A stretch of DNA of 64,000 nt from Candidatus Latescibacterota bacterium (lineage in GTDB: Bacteria > Latescibacterota > UBA2968 > UBA8231): the NCBI GenBank assembly GCA_965261395.1, contig OZ253462.1:5024001-5088000 (forward strand), read 5' to 3'. Position numbers and translations under genes: made by a program. The notes beneath the pieces were generated by a model. That model saw only the letters and a list, made by a program, of their open reading frames with translations, searched no databases and was not told the DNA's origin. Position 1 is the stretch's first letter. Each line of letters begins with the position of its first letter. Of the stretch, positions 19,260-28,739 are shown piece by piece.

Positions 19260-19313
19260 CGGGAGGACATCGTCTTCAAACAGACGCCCTACGATATCAA
19301 AGCGCGCACCTGA
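19260..19313 (+). repeat. Direct repeat copy 2: orphan mod 3' end directly before res
   Basis: Encodes REDIVFKQTPYDIKART*; the res ATG follows after a 3-nt gap. Confidence 0.9.
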
Positions 19314-19316
19314 TCC

Positions 19317-22001
19317 ATGCAGCTAAAACAATATCAAGCCGACACCCTCTCCGTCCTGCGCCGCTTCTTCGAGGAAGCGCGTATCGCCGGCCCCAAAAAC
19401 GCCTACGAAGCCATAACCCAAGAGCCAGAGCAGGCTGCGCGGCTTAGAGGCTATGCCGAATCTTACGCACCGCTAAAAGAATTGCCAGACGTTCCCTACG
19501 TCTGCCTGCGCCTACCCACCGGCGGCGGCAAAACAATCCTCGCCGCCCACGCCGTCTCCATCGCCCGCAATGCTTGGATCGAAAAGGACTATCCATTAGT
19601 GCTGTGGCTGGTGCCGACCAAAACCATCCGTCGACAGACAGTCGAGGCGCTGAAAAACACCCGCCACGCTTATCGGCAAGTGCTGGACGACGCTTTCGAC
19701 GGCCGGGTGCGCGTATTCGACATCGCCGACTTCACCCATATCCGGCCGCACGACTTGCGCGACCACTGCTGCATTGTGGTCGGCACCATTCAAACGCTGC
19801 GGGTGTCGAACACCGAAGGGCGCAAAGTGTACGCCCACAACGAGGAGATGGAACCGCACTTCTCCGGCGTCCGGGATACTGCGCCTGGCTTGGAAAAGCT
19901 GGACAATGGCACCGTCAAATTCTCCTTCGCCAACCTGCTGCATCGCCATCAGCCCCTGATGATAGTCGATGAGGCACACAACGCCGTCACCGGCCTGACG
20001 CGGGAAATGCAGGCGCGAGTCAACCCCTGCGCCATCGTCGAATTCACGGCAACCCCGCAGCGCAAGTCGAACATCCTACACAGCGTCACCGCCCAAGAAC
20101 TCAAGCGAGAAGAAATGATCAAACTGCCCATCATGCTCGCCGAGCACGACACTTGGCAAAACGCGGTGAACGGGGCCATTGCCGCCTGTGCTTCACTAGC
20201 AGAGACTGCGAAGGACGATGCCGACTACATCCGTCCCATCATCTTGTTCCAAGCGCAGCCGAAAAACCAAGAGGTAACAGTCGCGGCTCTGAAAAATCAC
20301 CTGATGGACATTGAGCAAATCCCGGAAAGCAAAATCGCCATTGCCACCGGCGACCAACGCGAACTCGACGGCATCGACTTGTTCGACCGCACCTGTCCCA
20401 TCGAATACGTCATTACGATCGAGGCGCTCAAAGAAGGCTGGGACTGCTCCTTCGCCTACATTTTCTGCTCCGTATCGCGCATCCAAAGTGCAACAGACGT
20501 GGAGCAACTGCTCGGCCGCGTACTGCGGATGCCCTATGCCACGCGCCGCCAAGCACCCGGCCTCAACAAAGCCTACGCCTTCCTATCCGAGCCATCTTTT
20601 GGCGAAGCCGCGCGCGCCTTGGCCGACAAATTGGTGGACATGGGCTTTGAGGAAGACGAAGCCCTCGACCACATCGAGCCGGTGCAGCGCACGCTCGACT
20701 TCCAGAGAGACTTGTTCAGTCCGCAGGAAAAGCCGGAGCCGATATTCAGCTATACGACCCCGGCAACCCCAGAAATCCTGTCCGAACTCAGAGAGGCAGT
20801 GCACGACGGGCTGCTAGTACGCGAAACCGCTGAAGGGCAGGTCGAGATCGCGCTTACTGGCTGGATCAATCAGGACCGCAAGCAGGTGATTTTGGAGGCA
20901 TTGCCCGAGCAAGAGCGAAAAGGTTTTGCCACTGCCGTTACCCAATACCGCGCCGCAGTCAAGGAGCAAATATCCCCTGCCGAACAGGGGCAGCCATTCA
21001 AAGTCCCACGCCTGATGTCGGAAATCCAGGGCACGCTGGAATTCGCCGATACGGACGTGTTCATGGAATACCACGACTGGTCGCTACTCGATTATTCGCC
21101 AAAAATGGACGAACAGGAGTTCACTATCCACGAGACAGCGCGCAGTTTTGCAATAGACATTGACGGCAATCGCATCACCTACCAGTTCGCCAGCGAAGAG
21201 GAGCAATTGGCGCTGGACATTGCCGTCGAAGGCTGGACCGCTGAAGCGCTCGTCCTGTGGCTCGATCGGCAGGTACGCCAGATGGACATTCACCAGAGTG
21301 AATTACTCAAATGGCTGCGCCAACTGGTCAATCACCTGCTCAACACACGCGGCATGACCATCTCCGCGCTAATGCGTTGCAAATTCCTGCTCGCCAAGAA
21401 AACCGAGTACAAGATCGCGGCCATTCGCCAAAAGCAACGAAGCAGCGTCTATCAGCAGTACCTCTTGGTGCCCAAGGCCAACACAACGGTCTCGTTCGAT
21501 ACGGCCTTCACATTTGTGGACAACATGTATTGGGATCAACGGCGCTATCGCGGGCGCTGGAAACCAAGCAAGCACTTTTTAGGCCCAGATCGCGTTCCCG
21601 CCTTTGACGGTGCGGACGACGGCGAGGAAATGCGATGCGCTCAGGTCATCGACAGTCTAGCGGCAGTGAAGTACTGGATTCGCAATGTAGCGCGCCATCC
21701 CAACTCGTTTTGGCTGCCCACCGCAACAGACAAATTCTACCCGGACTTTGTCGCTTTGCTAAACGATGATCATCTCCTCGTCGTCGAATACAAGGGAGCG
21801 CATATCGCCGAAGGATCGGATACCAACGAGAAGCGGACCATTGGTGCTCTTTGGGAGAAGTCGAGCGACGGCAAGGGCCTGTTCATCATCGCGGAGCAAA
21901 TGGTCGATGGGAAGGACGTGCGGCAGCAGTTGCAAGAAAAAACCTGTGGCCACCCCATCGCGTCTCTTCCACCCAAACGCATCCCCAAGGAACCGTCTTA
22001 G
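19317..22001 (+). CDS. res: Type III restriction enzyme Res subunit (SF2 helicase + PD-(D/E)XK nuclease)
   Basis: LPTGGGKT, IVDEAHN, EFTATP, LKEGWDC and QLLGRVLRMP helicase motifs; C-terminal FYPDFV...VVEYKG. Confidence 0.92.
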   Translation: MQLKQYQADTLSVLRRFFEEARIAGPKNAYEAITQEPEQAARLRGYAESYAPLKELPDVPYVCLRLPTGGGKTILAAHAVSIARNAWIEKDYPLVLWLVPTKTIRRQTVEALKNTRHAYRQVLDDAFDGRVRVFDIADFTHIRPHDLRDHCCIVVGTIQTLRVSNTEGRKVYAHNEEMEPHFSGVRDTAPGLEKLDNGTVKFSFANLLHRHQPLMIVDEAHNAVTGLTREMQARVNPCAIVEFTATPQRKSNILHSVTAQELKREEMIKLPIMLAEHDTWQNAVNGAIAACASLAETAKDDADYIRPIILFQAQPKNQEVTVAALKNHLMDIEQIPESKIAIATGDQRELDGIDLFDRTCPIEYVITIEALKEGWDCSFAYIFCSVSRIQSATDVEQLLGRVLRMPYATRRQAPGLNKAYAFLSEPSFGEAARALADKLVDMGFEEDEALDHIEPVQRTLDFQRDLFSPQEKPEPIFSYTTPATPEILSELREAVHDGLLVRETAEGQVEIALTGWINQDRKQVILEALPEQERKGFATAVTQYRAAVKEQISPAEQGQPFKVPRLMSEIQGTLEFADTDVFMEYHDWSLLDYSPKMDEQEFTIHETARSFAIDIDGNRITYQFASEEEQLALDIAVEGWTAEALVLWLDRQVRQMDIHQSELLKWLRQLVNHLLNTRGMTISALMRCKFLLAKKTEYKIAAIRQKQRSSVYQQYLLVPKANTTVSFDTAFTFVDNMYWDQRRYRGRWKPSKHFLGPDRVPAFDGADDGEEMRCAQVIDSLAAVKYWIRNVARHPNSFWLPTATDKFYPDFVALLNDDHLLVVEYKGAHIAEGSDTNEKRTIGALWEKSSDGKGLFIIAEQMVDGKDVRQQLQEKTCGHPIASLPPKRIPKEPS

Positions 22002-22311
22002 AGCGACTTCTGCGCCTCCGGTTGTGGCGCGCAGCGCGTCGCTTGTGCGTACGGTCGCCCTGCCACTTCCGCCAACAATTCCTCGCAATGCACATACAGA
22101 CCCAACTGCCGTCGCGTGGCTTCCATCGGCCCGACGATCCCAAGGCGCACCGCAGCGCTCATCTGGTCTCTGAGCACTTGAAACATGTAAAGCTGTAATC
22201 GGCCTCGACCTTGGGGCTAAGAATCTTCAACGGTGCGACGGCCAAGCAAGATGTCAACCGCGACCTTCCCCCGACGCGGCTCACTTCGACGATGGACCAA
22301 GCCTCGTCCAT
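21998..22311 (-). pseudogene. Urease accessory remnant: ureD 5' end joined to ureF 3' part
   Basis: MDEAWSIVEVSRVGGRSRLTSCLAVAPLKILSPK (UreD-like N-terminus), then in another frame LRDQMSAAVRLGIVGPMEA...ATRCAP (UreF 'SAAVRL' motif), truncated against res. Confidence 0.6.
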
Positions 22312-22316
22312 GCCGA

Positions 22317-23090
22317 TCAGATCGGCGCTAACCAACCCCCATCGACCGGCAACGCCGTCCCCGTAATCCACTCCGCGTCATCCGAGGCAAAAAACGCCAC
22401 CGCCCGCCCAATGTCCCTCGGCAAGCCCAAGCGCGGCAAGGGCGTATCCCGCCGACATTGCTCGATGATCTCCGGGGTTAAATAGTCTTGGATCGGCGTC
22501 TCGATATAGCCCGGGCATACCGCGTTGACCGTGACGTTGTCCCCAGCCAGTTCCAACGCCGAATCCCGCGTCAGATTCACCACCCCGGCCTTAGTCGGCG
22601 CATAGGCCGGACCGCCACCGCCGCCGAAGGCGTGGACCGAGGCAATGTTGACGATGCGCCCAGCCGCGGATTTTCGCAGATAGGGCGCGGCAAATTTGGT
22701 CGAGAGGAAGATCGAGCGCAGATTGACCCCCACGACCCGGTCCCACGCCTCGACGGATAGTTCTTGGCTGTCTCCCAGTATGATGATCCCGGCGTTGTTG
22801 ACCAAAATATCCACCCCGCCAAAGCGCTCGACACTGCGGGCGATTAGCTTTTCCACTGCCTTTTCGTCGGCCACATCAGTCTCGACGAAGAGCGCCTCGC
22901 CGCCCTCCTCGGCAATAATCTCGGCCGTGGGTGGCTGCGGCGCGGTCTCGTGAAACCTGCCGATCTTGGGCGCTTCCTGTATATCGGCCACTGCAACCTT
23001 GGCCCCTTCGCGGGCCAGTTCGAGACAAATACCCCGCCCAATCCCCGAACTCCCTCCGGTAACAACGGCGATGCGATCCTGCAAACGCAT
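22317..23090 (-). CDS. Short-chain dehydrogenase/reductase
   Basis: TGGSSGIG, NNAG, YAPTK, VNAVCPG and ITGTALPVDGG motifs. Confidence 0.93.
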   Translation of the reverse strand: MRLQDRIAVVTGGSSGIGRGICLELAREGAKVAVADIQEAPKIGRFHETAPQPPTAEIIAEEGGEALFVETDVADEKAVEKLIARSVERFGGVDILVNNAGIIILGDSQELSVEAWDRVVGVNLRSIFLSTKFAAPYLRKSAAGRIVNIASVHAFGGGGGPAYAPTKAGVVNLTRDSALELAGDNVTVNAVCPGYIETPIQDYLTPEIIEQCRRDTPLPRLGLPRDIGRAVAFFASDDAEWITGTALPVDGGWLAPI

Positions 23091-23220
23091 GGATTTTCCT
23101 CCTGTTTGTCGCAGAATCTATGGCGGCTGGACAAGGGAGACAAGGCGGATCGGCCTGTCGATCCGGCCATTTGATGTGGCAGCAAATTGACTCTAAAATA
23201 GACCAAGAGGAGAATTTATC

Positions 23221-23841
23221 ATGCCTGTGAGACTATTCATTGTGGGATGCAAAAACCCGCTCTACGCCATCGCCTGCTGTCTATGCCTGTCCTTTGGGGC
23301 CGCCGCAGCCGACGACTCCATCCGCGCCCAGATCGAAGTCCTCCGCGCCGCCAAAGATAGCTTGCTCAAAAGTGAGGATTCGCCGCTGCTGCCAGCGCAA
23401 CGCGCCCGCTTTGAACAGCTTGCGTACTATCCCATCGACTTCCGCTATCGTCTGCGGGGCGAGCTGCATATCTACGGTCGCCAGCGCATCGTCGAAATTC
23501 CCAATACCGACGACACCACCACCGAACTCGAGCGATTGGGGCGCTTTGTTTCGGCCTTTGGCGAAAAAGTCTTTTGGCTGGAGGTGTACCGCAGTCCGCA
23601 AACCGGCGAAACAGAAGTCTTCTTCAAGGATCCGACCAACGGCCATACCACGTATGGGGGCGGGCGCTACGCGCGCCTGATTCGAGAGGACGATGGTATG
23701 TATGTCATCGATTTCAATAACGCTTATAATCCATACTGTGCGTACAATCCCGCCTATATTTGCCCGCTGCCTCCGCGACAAAACTACCTCGATTTCGCCG
23801 TGGAGGCTGGTGAGCTAATGAGCGCTGCCGACTCACGCTGA
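23221..23841 (+). CDS. DUF1684 domain exported protein
   Basis: FKDPTNGHTTYGGGRY and DFNNAYNPYCAYNP-YICPLPP motifs; signal peptide. Confidence 0.9.
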   Translation: MPVRLFIVGCKNPLYAIACCLCLSFGAAAADDSIRAQIEVLRAAKDSLLKSEDSPLLPAQRARFEQLAYYPIDFRYRLRGELHIYGRQRIVEIPNTDDTTTELERLGRFVSAFGEKVFWLEVYRSPQTGETEVFFKDPTNGHTTYGGGRYARLIREDDGMYVIDFNNAYNPYCAYNPAYICPLPPRQNYLDFAVEAGELMSAADSR

Positions 23842-23898
23842 TGCGCGGTGCGCGTTTTTTGCGTATAATTTTCAGCGCACCCTCTCCCCCTGAACAGC

Positions 23899-25743
23899 AT
23901 GAAAGCATTCCTCGAACGCCTCGAACAAGCCGCTGATTTGCGCGAAGTCCAATCGCTCGTCGATCACATCCTCGACGCGGCGCGGGCCGGCGGCAAGCCA
24001 GAGGACAAGCGCCGCTTCCTCCGCGATCTACTCTTCAATCGGGCGCTTTTGTCCCGCCTAGAGACCCCCGTGGCCATCGACGCACTCCTCGCGGCAACCA
24101 CGCCTCGCGAGTGGAATGAGCTCTTCGGCGATGCGGTCGTCCAAGAGCTGCCGCAACTAACCGTCGATCTGGTCGATGGCTTGGTCGATCTCGACCACCG
24201 CCAATTGCTGCGGCTTTTGCCTCCCGAATCCCCCAAGGCGCTCTTGCAGGTGCTCAGACGCCTCAATGCCTATCTAGAAGAATGCGATGTCTCGGTCCGC
24301 TGTCTGCGCGGCATGCGCGCCGCTCGCATCATGGCCGACATCTACCCAACGCTCGCCGCCGAGCCGCGGGCCTGGCGGCGAGCGCTGCCGCCCTGCTGCA
24401 TCGACGGTCAAGACATCGTCCAACTCAAAGAAGCCAAGCACATCGACAAGCTAGCCGCAGCCTACGAGGCGCGAATCAACCAACTACAGAGCATCGACTT
24501 GCAGCGCAGCTTGGCCGCCCTCGACAAGAGCCACGCCGCCGCGCCACGGATGATCGAATCGGCCTACGAGCAAACCTTTTGCATCCAATCGCCCCTGCGC
24601 TTGGGCATCTCCAGCGCCAATGCCTCAGACAATCACCTGCGCAGCAAGGAACAGGGTGGCAAGACGCTCAACATCGCCGTCAATCTGCAACCGGGCCAGC
24701 AAGAGCGTGCCCAACCGCCGCTGGAAGTCACCGCACGGAGGCTGGCCGAATCCCAGCTCATCCTCCGCTCCCGCTCTATGGGCTTCAAGGCCGACTTTGA
24801 GGCCAGCAAACACAGCTCGGCCGCGACCGTCAGCGAGCTGTTCTTTGCCTACCGCCGCAGCGGCGACGAAGCCCTGCGGTTGGTCAAGCAAGGGCTGGTC
24901 CACGCGGGCATCGTCCGGCCGGACTCCACAGATGTCATCGAAGACATCGCCGCCTTTACCAACGGCGGTGGTTTGGAACTCACCACCAGTAGTAAGGTGC
25001 TACAAGGGTCCGGCCTAGGCACCAGCGGCATATTGTCCGCCGCCATTCTCAAAATGCTCTACCACCTCTCCGGTCACCCCCACGCCGCGCCCGCGTGCGA
25101 GTACCCCAGCCTCTACGATCACAGCCTCATGCTCGAACAAAGCCTCGGCCTCAACAGCGGTTGGCAGGATGCGCGCGGTGCCAGCGGCGGCCCCTCGGCC
25201 ATCAAGAACTTCTACGCGCCACCGACCGACGGCCTGCCCGCGCCCGAACGCACGTTCCTCACCGAGGTGGACGAGAGCCTGTTCACCGAGCGGGTCGTGC
25301 TCTTCGACACGGGGATATCGCGCTCGGCTACCCGCGGCCTCAACGTCGTTCTCGACGCCTATTTGTCGCGGAATCGCCAGCGCTATAGAGCCATTCGCGA
25401 GTCGCTGGCCATTCACGACGAAATGGTGGCCGCGCTGCGCGCGGGCGCCTACGCCGATCTCGGACGGCTGGCCGACCGCTATTGGCAGTTGCGCTGCATC
25501 CTCGATCCCCAGGCCACCAACGACGCCCTGCAACACCTTTTCGAGAATCCGCAGATCACCGACCTGACCGAGGGCGGGCTTCTCACCGGGGCTGGCGGCG
25601 GCGGCTTCGCCCTCCTCATCGCCGCAGAGGGGCAAGCGGCCGCGTTGCGCGCAAGGCTCGACAAGCTGCGCCAACACGCGGCCTTTACCAAAAGCAGCGT
25701 GGTCTCCTATCAGCTCAACACCCAAGGCATCCAACTCGTGTGA
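23899..25743 (+). CDS. GHMP kinase family protein (fucokinase/heptose-kinase-like) with uncharacterised N-terminal domain
   Basis: SPLRLGI, QGSGLGTSG, SGWQD and LTGAGGGGF motifs. Confidence 0.75.
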   Translation: MKAFLERLEQAADLREVQSLVDHILDAARAGGKPEDKRRFLRDLLFNRALLSRLETPVAIDALLAATTPREWNELFGDAVVQELPQLTVDLVDGLVDLDHRQLLRLLPPESPKALLQVLRRLNAYLEECDVSVRCLRGMRAARIMADIYPTLAAEPRAWRRALPPCCIDGQDIVQLKEAKHIDKLAAAYEARINQLQSIDLQRSLAALDKSHAAAPRMIESAYEQTFCIQSPLRLGISSANASDNHLRSKEQGGKTLNIAVNLQPGQQERAQPPLEVTARRLAESQLILRSRSMGFKADFEASKHSSAATVSELFFAYRRSGDEALRLVKQGLVHAGIVRPDSTDVIEDIAAFTNGGGLELTTSSKVLQGSGLGTSGILSAAILKMLYHLSGHPHAAPACEYPSLYDHSLMLEQSLGLNSGWQDARGASGGPSAIKNFYAPPTDGLPAPERTFLTEVDESLFTERVVLFDTGISRSATRGLNVVLDAYLSRNRQRYRAIRESLAIHDEMVAALRAGAYADLGRLADRYWQLRCILDPQATNDALQHLFENPQITDLTEGGLLTGAGGGGFALLIAAEGQAAALRARLDKLRQHAAFTKSSVVSYQLNTQGIQLV

Positions 25744-25753
25744 GGACGGCAGG

Positions 25754-26275
25754 GTGGATACCAAGAAAGAGCACCTGCTCATAGATGGGTACAATCTCAT
25801 CAAATCGAGCCAGCTTTTCCAAGGCCGAGGCGACACCCTGGAACGAGCACGCCACCGCTTGCAGCAAGAACTCGCCGCCTACGGCCGCCGCGCCGACAAG
25901 CATATCACCCTGTACTACGACGGCACTGGCGCATCGCCGAGCGCGACAAACGCAAGCAGCCCATACGTCACCATAGAATTCTCGCGCTACCCTCAGCAGG
26001 CCGACGACCTAATCGCGCAGGCGGTCGAAAAAAAACACGGTGCCAAGTGGCTGCGGGTCATCAGCTCCGACCGCGCAGTCCAGCGCTGCGCCGCGCGCCA
26101 CAAAATCCGCTCGACCTGTTCTGAGGATTTTCTCGACGAACTCACAGGACCCGTCCAGGCATCGAACGCTTCCGAGCCTGCCCCCACCCACGACGGCACC
26201 GAATCTCACCCGCCCCTCGACCCAGACGACCTAGATCACTGGGAAGCCTTGTTCCGCAAGAAAGCCAACCGCTAG
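25754..26275 (+). CDS. NYN domain (YacP-like) ribonuclease
   Basis: LLIDGYNL, YYDG, ADDLI and VISSDR motifs. Confidence 0.85.
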   Translation: MDTKKEHLLIDGYNLIKSSQLFQGRGDTLERARHRLQQELAAYGRRADKHITLYYDGTGASPSATNASSPYVTIEFSRYPQQADDLIAQAVEKKHGAKWLRVISSDRAVQRCAARHKIRSTCSEDFLDELTGPVQASNASEPAPTHDGTESHPPLDPDDLDHWEALFRKKANR

Positions 26276-26952
26276 GGCAGCGGCAGCACGAGGTCGCGCA
26301 GCACCGCCAAGCTGTGCTGCCCTTGGGTACTGCCCGCTCGCGCCAAGGCTTCGAGATGCACCTTTAGGAACCCCGCCTCAGCCGGCGTATCCACATCGTA
26401 CCAAGGCGGCAGCAGGCCGAGCGTCTGCGTTCCCAAGCGCGCTAGGGTTTGCTCGAATACCATCCCGGTGCTCCAAGCCACGTCTTGGAATATCCGGCTT
26501 TCCCCTTTTCGCCTGCCTACCAAGTAGTAGCCGCCGTCCGTGCTCGGGCCTAAGACCACCTCCTTCTCGCGCAACAGCGCCAGCCCCTCGTCGATGTAGC
26601 GGGCTGGCAGAGAAGGGCTATCCGAGCCGATGATGACCACCCGCTCGGCCCCCCGCGCAAAGGCCCACTGCATCAGGCCCTCCATGCGCTGCCCTAGATT
26701 GCCTTCGGGCTGGGGTGCGTACTCGAAGGTGCCAATCGGGGCCAGCAGGGTGCGCAAAGCGTCTTCGGCATGGGCCGGAGTAAAGGCCACGACCTTGGCA
26801 GCGGCCTGTGTCTCGTGCAGTGCAGTGGCGCAATCCAGCAACATGGCCTCGTACAGGCGTGCGGCCTCAGAGGTACTCAAATGGCTCTGGAGCCGGGTTT
26901 TGACCGCTCCGGGGACTGGTTTCTTGGCAAAAAGCACGGCGCAGGTGGACAT
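26272..26952 (-). CDS. TIGR04282/DUF2064 family glycosyltransferase-like protein
   Basis: FAKKPVPGAVKTRL, IIGSDSP, LGPSTDGGYYLVG and WYDVDT motifs. Start MSTCAV with RBS GGAGGG. Confidence 0.88.
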   Translation of the reverse strand: MSTCAVLFAKKPVPGAVKTRLQSHLSTSEAARLYEAMLLDCATALHETQAAAKVVAFTPAHAEDALRTLLAPIGTFEYAPQPEGNLGQRMEGLMQWAFARGAERVVIIGSDSPSLPARYIDEGLALLREKEVVLGPSTDGGYYLVGRRKGESRIFQDVAWSTGMVFEQTLARLGTQTLGLLPPWYDVDTPAEAGFLKVHLEALARAGSTQGQHSLAVLRDLVLPLP

Positions 26953-27042
26953 CTTCCCCTCCCTATTGTCTATCGTCGGCAGAGCGCGTACTTTTTGCAA
27001 TATAATTCGCGGCAACCCTTCACAAAATCAACCGAGGAGCTC

Positions 27043-28239
27043 ATGGCCCAAGTCAATATCGTCCGCCACAACTCGATCGCCATTTTTTCCAACCCCACCG
27101 AAGTGATCATTACCGACGACAATGGCCACGTCGTGCGCCTAGTCGAGCCTTCGGGTAATGTCGGCACTCAATACGCCAACGACGTTGGCTCGGAGTGGTT
27201 CGGCACCATCGAAAACCTCAACAAGGGCCTCGAAATTTGCGGCGTCCATTGGTCTGACGTGTACAAGACCGACGTCCTGTGGACCACCCCTTCTGCTGAC
27301 CGCGACGAGTGCGACCAGCGCAAAAACGACTTCAACGCCTGCTACGGGGCCATGATCGCCGCCGTCACCAGCGGCCCCTTGCGCTCCAACCGCATGGCCC
27401 GCTTCACCCACCCAGAGGGCTTCCCAGACCCAGCGGCCCTCTTCGAGGTCCAAATCAAAGCCTGTGCCGGCGAGACCGTCTCCATCAGCAGCGGCAAAAT
27501 CGACTACGGCACTTGGGTGGATCACCAGCCCTCGGGTGCCTCGGTCATGCACCAGCGAGACGGCGAAATGATCACCACCCTCGGCGACGACCTAACCGAA
27601 GAAATGCGCTTCATCCTCGACGAGCAATATGCCAAGCCCTTTGCCGAGCAAGGCGTTGACTTCAAAAAGCAGACCGTATTCATGGAGATCCTCGTGGCCG
27701 TGGACGACGATCCCGCCAAGACCTGGGAGCGCATCGAAACCACCCGCCAAGTCTTTGCGGATTACTACGGCGACGACCGGCCCTCCGGCCTGATTTACCC
27801 GGTGTCGCGGATCCCCAATCTCGACAGCATCATCGAGCCGCAGCCGCGCGTGGTCTCCGGTGAAGTCGAAATCGTGCGCTCGGGACAGATCGAGGACGGC
27901 TTCTCGACTTGGGCGAGCTTGCGCCACCACGGCGTGCGCGAAGTTCACGTCTCAGCCGTCGGCGGCAGCGACGCTGGCCAACAACTCGACACGCTCGACG
28001 CCCGGATCAAGGAAGCTGGAGGCGCGGGTCTCAAAGAGGACGGCGTCTTCAATAACGCCTACATCGTCGCCGGTGCCGACTCCGCGCAAAATCGCGCTGG
28101 ATTGGTCGCCTTCAACGAGTCCTTTAGCGCGTACTACGCCGGCACTGCCCCGGCTGGCCGCACCGCCCAGTTTATCGGCGGCATCCAGCAGCAAGGTCAT
28201 CAGAGCGGCATCTCCACCCGTGCAATCTTCGCCGAGTAA
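27043..28239 (+). CDS. Protein with three tandem RidA/YjgF-like repeats
   Basis: Three segments each resembling 'G..(W)SDV.K..V...DFNA.Y...P.R....LP...L.E'; RBS GAGGAG; start MAQVNI. Confidence 0.55.
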   Translation: MAQVNIVRHNSIAIFSNPTEVIITDDNGHVVRLVEPSGNVGTQYANDVGSEWFGTIENLNKGLEICGVHWSDVYKTDVLWTTPSADRDECDQRKNDFNACYGAMIAAVTSGPLRSNRMARFTHPEGFPDPAALFEVQIKACAGETVSISSGKIDYGTWVDHQPSGASVMHQRDGEMITTLGDDLTEEMRFILDEQYAKPFAEQGVDFKKQTVFMEILVAVDDDPAKTWERIETTRQVFADYYGDDRPSGLIYPVSRIPNLDSIIEPQPRVVSGEVEIVRSGQIEDGFSTWASLRHHGVREVHVSAVGGSDAGQQLDTLDARIKEAGGAGLKEDGVFNNAYIVAGADSAQNRAGLVAFNESFSAYYAGTAPAGRTAQFIGGIQQQGHQSGISTRAIFAE

Positions 28240-28243
28240 GCCC

Positions 28244-28738
28244 GTGATCAGCGCCGCCAAGATCATCGCCGCCCTCGAACGGCACGGCATTACGCACGTA
28301 TTAGGGGTCCCAGACAACGGCTCGTGCGTCCTGTACGAGCGCCTGTGGGACCACCACACCATCGAAGTGATCCTCACCAGTCGCGAGGGCGAGGCGTATG
28401 GCTTGGCCTCCGGCCTGTATTTGGGCGGTGCCCATCCGCTGGTGCTGATCCAGAATACGGGCTTTTTGGAGGCCGGCGACGCCTTGCGCGGCACGGCCTA
28501 CAACATGGGCATTCCCCTCGTCATGCTCGTCGGCTACCGAGGCTACGCGACCATGGCCCCAGGTGCCCCCCGAGTCGATACGGCCGCCACCTTCTTCGAG
28601 CCGACTCTCAAGGCTTGGAACATCCCCTACACCGCCATGCACACAGACGACGATAGCGGCCAGATTGACGCTGCGTTCGCCAAGGCCCAAGAGACCTCGC
28701 TGCCAACCGCTGTGTTGCTGGTCGCGGAGACTGTATAA
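28244..28738 (+). CDS. ThDP-dependent sulfopyruvate/phosphonopyruvate decarboxylase alpha-subunit-like (ComD-like)
   Basis: GITHVLGVPD, REGEAYGLASG, LIQNTG and MLVGYRG motifs; GTG start. Confidence 0.8.
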   Translation: MISAAKIIAALERHGITHVLGVPDNGSCVLYERLWDHHTIEVILTSREGEAYGLASGLYLGGAHPLVLIQNTGFLEAGDALRGTAYNMGIPLVMLVGYRGYATMAPGAPRVDTAATFFEPTLKAWNIPYTAMHTDDDSGQIDAAFAKAQETSLPTAVLLVAETV

Positions 28739-28739
28739 G

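Noticed and set aside
14964-22001. Calling the locus SPARSA, Thoeris or DSR
   Set aside because: No APAZ/PIWI, TIR, SLOG/Macro or DSR C-terminal region; the SIR2 domain is fused to Mod.
26272-26952. Arsenosugar biosynthesis cluster
   Set aside because: Only the TIGR04282-like gene is present; no arsS, arsM or TIGR04283 partner is adjacent.
26770-27042. N-terminal extensions given in the ORF track (also starts at 419, 2250, 8967, 27860, 28563, 39479, 42303, 49058)
   Set aside because: They overlap neighbouring genes or regulatory DNA; downstream starts have an RBS or stop-start coupling.
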